The position numbers were made by a program, and so were the translations under genes. A DNA stretch of 11,373 nt from Octopus sinensis (taxonomy: Eukaryota): assembly GCF_006345805.1 (NCBI RefSeq), contig NW_021827004.1:1-11373 (forward strand), read 5' to 3'. Positions 8,521-11,373 of this stretch are shown piece by piece. The notes under the pieces are model-generated. The model was not told the DNA's origin. It saw nothing but the letters and a program-made list of their open reading frames with translations, and did not search any database. Numbering within the stretch: position 1 is the first letter of the stretch; every line of letters starts with the position of its first letter.

Positions 8521-8700
8521 GGAGAAGAGAGAGAGAGAGAGATAGGGAGAGAGAGAGAGGGAGAGAGAGAGAGGGGGGGGGAGAGAAAGAAAGACATACA
8601 TACATACATACATACATACATACACAGATTGTATAATACGATAAACTTACATATATACGACTAATACACACACACACATACACACACAGATACACACATA
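8300..8700. repeat. Compound (CA)n/(TA)n/(GA)n/(TACA)n microsatellite block
   Basis: Directly visible. It accounts for the ORFs between 8288 and 8695. Confidence 0.95.
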
Positions 8701-8987
8701 TACCTGAGCTGAAAAACTCATAGGCTGACTATGAAGGAAGATGCTAGAGCTGTGAAATCTTGCATAAATTATTTACGATTCGTCTTAATAATAGGTGCAT
8801 TGTTTCTTTCCAGGTAAACTGACATCTCAGTGATCAAAGAATACTTCAAAAATAAGTAGTAGCGACTTCTCTTGAAAATGGACGGAATTTTGCATGGTAG
8901 TGTTATCAAGTACTTGCAGAGAAAGGGTTTTGCCCCAAAGGACACTCATACTCATATGGTTAGGGGATGATGATGCAGCTTTATCAA

Positions 8988-9126
8988 AGGCGAGGAGCTT
9001 GCTTACCAACCACATAGTTCGGGGTTCAGTCCCACAGCTTGGGCAAGTGTCTTCTACTATAGCCTCGGGCAGACCAAAGCCTTGTGAGTGGATTTGGTAG
9101 ACGGAAACTGAAAGAAGCCAGTCGTA

Positions 9127-9168
<42 letters not shown>

Positions 9169-9390
9169 GGGGGTGGTGTGTGTGTGTGTGTTTGTGTGTC
9201 GGTGCTTGTCCCCCACAATCGCTTGACAATCAATGTTGGTGTGTTTACGTCCCCGTCACTTAGCGGTTCAGCAAAATAGACCGATAGAATAAGTACTAGG
9301 CTTACAAAGAATAAATCCTGGGGTAGATTTGTTCGACTAAAGGCGGTGCTCCAGCATGGCTGCAGTCAAATGACTGAAACAAATAAAAGA
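8988..9390 (+). mobile_element. SINE family A nested in the mariner ORF
   Basis: It interrupts the transposase between ...AALS and MQKW. Same blocks as 2697-3092. The A-box region is deleted and no TSD is visible. Confidence 0.92.
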
Positions 9391-9539
9391 ATGCAAAAGT
9401 GGATAGCTGAATTTAGGAGGGGAAGGAAAGGACTTGAAGATGATCCCAAGGTTTGGGTGTCCTGCAAATGCAATCGCCCAGGAAAACAGTAATCATATTC
9501 ACCACATGGTGATGGATGACAGGCGATTGAATATAAATC

Positions 9540-9758
9540 GGCGAGCTGGCAGAAACGTTAGCACGCCGGGCGAAATGCGTAGCCGTATTTCGTCTGCCGT
9601 TACGTTCTGAGTTCAAATTCTGCCGAGGTCGACTTTGCCTTTCATCCTTTCGGGGTCGATAAATAAAGTACCAGTTACGCACTGGGGTCGATATAATCGA
9701 CTTAATCCCTTTGTTTGTCCCCTCTATGTTTAGCCCCTTGTGGGCAATAAAGAAATAT
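9540..9758 (+). mobile_element. SINE family B (tRNA-derived, Nin/Deu-like domain) nested in the mariner ORF, with 9-bp TSD
   Basis: TSD ATATAAATC at 9531-9539 and 9759-9767; removing the insert and one TSD restores ...RLNINQIAN. A-box-like TGGCAGAAACGTTAG, B-box GTTCAAATTC (9611-9620). GCCTTTCATCCTTTCGGGGTCGATAAATAAAGTACCAG resembles the Nin domain (recalled). Confidence 0.92.
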
Positions 9759-10139
9759 ATATAAATCAAATAGCTAATGTCATTAGCATATCCCGTGAGA
9801 GACTTGAGAATATTCTGCACAATGAACTTGGTATGAGGAAGGTTTCTGCTCAGTGAGTGCCACGTCTTCTGACACCTGATCAAATGCACACCAGGCTGAT
9901 AACATCACGGGAAAACCTGACATTGTTTGTGGCAGATCCAGCTGATTTCCTTAAACGTTTGCTAACCCGGGACGAGTGTTGGATTCATCACTTTGAGCCA
10001 GAGATAAAGAGACAATCCATGCAGTGGAAACACCCCTTCACACCTGCTCGAAAGAAGGTCACGGTCAATTCATCTGCAGGGAAGGTAGTACATGTATATA
10101 CACACACCTGTACACACACACATATACATATATATATAT

Positions 10140-10521
10140 TCTCTTTTTACTCTTCTACTTGTTTCAGTCATTTGAATGTGGCCATGCTGGAGCACCGCCT
10201 TTAGTCAAGCAAATCGACCTCGGGACTTATTCTTTGTAAGTCTTGTACTTATTCTATCCGCGTCTAAGTTACGGCGACGTAAACACACCAGCATCGGTTG
10301 TCAAGCGATGTTGGGGGGGGACAGACACAGACACACAAACACATACATATATATATACATATATACGACAGGCTTCTTTCAGTTTCCCTCTACCATATCC
10401 ACTCACAAGGCTTTGGTCGGCCCGAGGCTATAGTAGAAGACACTTGCCCAAGGTTCCACGCAGTGTGACTGAACCCGGAACAATGTGGTTGGTAAGCAAG
10501 CTACTTACCACACAGCTACTC
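10140..10521 (-). mobile_element. SINE family A, near full length, reverse orientation
   Basis: The reverse complement aligns block by block with 8988-9390 and keeps the head GAGTAGCTGTGTGGTAAGTAGCTTGCTTACCAACCAC. Confidence 0.92.
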
Positions 10522-10567
10522 ATATATACACTGTAGTACATCTCCAGCGTTAGAAGCTGTGCAAAGG

Positions 10568-10617
10568 CAATAATAATAACAACAACAACAACAACAATAA
10601 CAATAACAACAATAATG

Positions 10618-10678
<61 letters not shown>

Positions 10679-10700
10679 TGATGATGATGATAATAATAAA
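10568..10700. repeat. (AAT)n/(AAC)n/(GAT)n microsatellite
   Basis: Directly visible. Confidence 0.97.
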
Positions 10701-11215
10701 TGCTCTGATGCAGTACCAGGCAGTGGCTCTCGTGGTTTCAGACCTTAACTGATTGGAATTGTTATCATGTCTTGGTATAAAAGATGGGCTACAGCAAATA
10801 CTCTGCTCAGTACCACAGATTTGCTTGTCAGTTGTTTGATCTTAACCAGCTGAGCATGTCCCTTAGTGGCTGACGATATGTGCATCTCTGATCGCGAGCA
10901 GAAGTAGTGAGGGAGCATCATAGCCATGTGTTGAGAGGGATTCTTTGGGGTTTGAATAATTCACCTCTGGAAACATGGGTGTTTCGTTCATCATCCTCTA
11001 ACAAAACTTTATTCAAGGATCTTTTAAGCGGGATGGACTACTCGACCTGAAGAAAATTCTAACTGGGCCTCACCTGCAAGGTCATGCGCTGTTTATCTTT
11101 TTATGAGATCACCATGTCGCGCACATATGGTTGTGATGCATGTGCTTGGTGTAGCCTTATCAGACGGGTAGTCATGATGGGTATACTGGGCTTCGTATAT
11201 TTTCCCCAGTGTCAC
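10701..11215. mobile_element. ~515-bp non-coding block embedded in (AAT)n arrays; probable microsatellite-associated interspersed repeat
   Basis: Sharp boundaries into AAT arrays on both sides, GC above background, no credible ORF. I recall similar sequence as a high-copy octopus repeat, but only one copy is in this window. Confidence 0.55.
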
Positions 11216-11229
11216 ATAATAATAACAAC

Positions 11230-11261
<32 letters not shown>

Positions 11262-11338
11262 CAACAACACAACAACAACAACAACAACATACATACATAC
11301 ATACATACATACATACATACATACATACATACATACAT
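11216..11338. repeat. (AAT)n/(AAC)n then (TACA)n microsatellite
   Basis: Directly visible. Confidence 0.95.
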
Positions 11339-11373
11339 GTATTTTCTACTGCTGTCAATTTACAACGTATTTG

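Larger units (their letters stand above)
8703..10087 (+). mobile_element. Decayed mariner transposon (Himar1/irritans-like), 3'-truncated, with two nested SINEs
   Basis: TA at 8701-02 is followed by a TIR-like GCTGAAAAACTCATAGGCTGAC, resembling the recalled Himar1 end GCTGATAAGTCCCCGGTCTGAC. Transposase remnants lie in three collinear pieces. Confidence 0.9.
8878..10087 (+). pseudogene. Mariner transposase pseudogene (N-terminal HTH region through the first catalytic Asp)
   Basis: 8878-8987: MDGILHGSVIKYLQRKGFAPKDTHTHM/LGDDDAALS. 9391-9539: MQKWIAEFRRGRKGLEDD/PRFGCPANAIAQENSNHIHHMVMDDRRLNIN. 9768-10087: QIANVISISRERLENILHNELGMRKVSAQ*VPRLLTPDQ...LLTRDECWIHHFEPEIKRQSMQW...SSAGKV. Two frameshifts, and TGA at 9854-9856 replaces the W of the WVPxxL motif. 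Confidence 0.93.

Noticed and set aside
9857-10204. ORF as a functional or domesticated (SETMAR-like) transposase gene
   Set aside because: An upstream stop in the WVP motif, frameshifts, two SINE insertions, loss of the last two catalytic Asp residues, and a C-terminus running into microsatellite and SINE sequence.
10701-10755. Possible HDV-like ribozyme at the start of the (AAT)n-embedded block
   Set aside because: Only 3-5 bp, wobble-dependent helices can be drawn, with no G-initiated P1. Not distinguishable from chance.

Overview
This is AT-rich eukaryotic DNA, almost entirely non-coding, dense in (AAT)n, (TA)n, (TG)n, (GATA)n and (GA)n microsatellites and interspersed repeats. The repeat landscape looks like a coleoid cephalopod, probably an octopus (inference from recalled SINE families, not verified). 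No intact gene is present, and nearly all listed ORFs are microsatellite or repeat artefacts. Supported elements: (1) a decayed Himar1/irritans-like mariner (~8703-10087) split by two nested SINEs and truncated at its 3' end; (2) two Tc2/pogo-type MITEs with clear TIRs (1872-2379, 6692-6884); (3) at least four tRNA-derived SINE families, two copies with clean 9-bp target-site duplications; (4) a few unclassified dispersed repeats; (5) one candidate 151-bp coding exon (6528-6678). The most unusual signal is a structured minus-strand segment (5318-5432) inside a dispersed repeat. It holds all hammerhead-ribozyme core pieces, but in a non-circularly permuted, pseudoknotted order.
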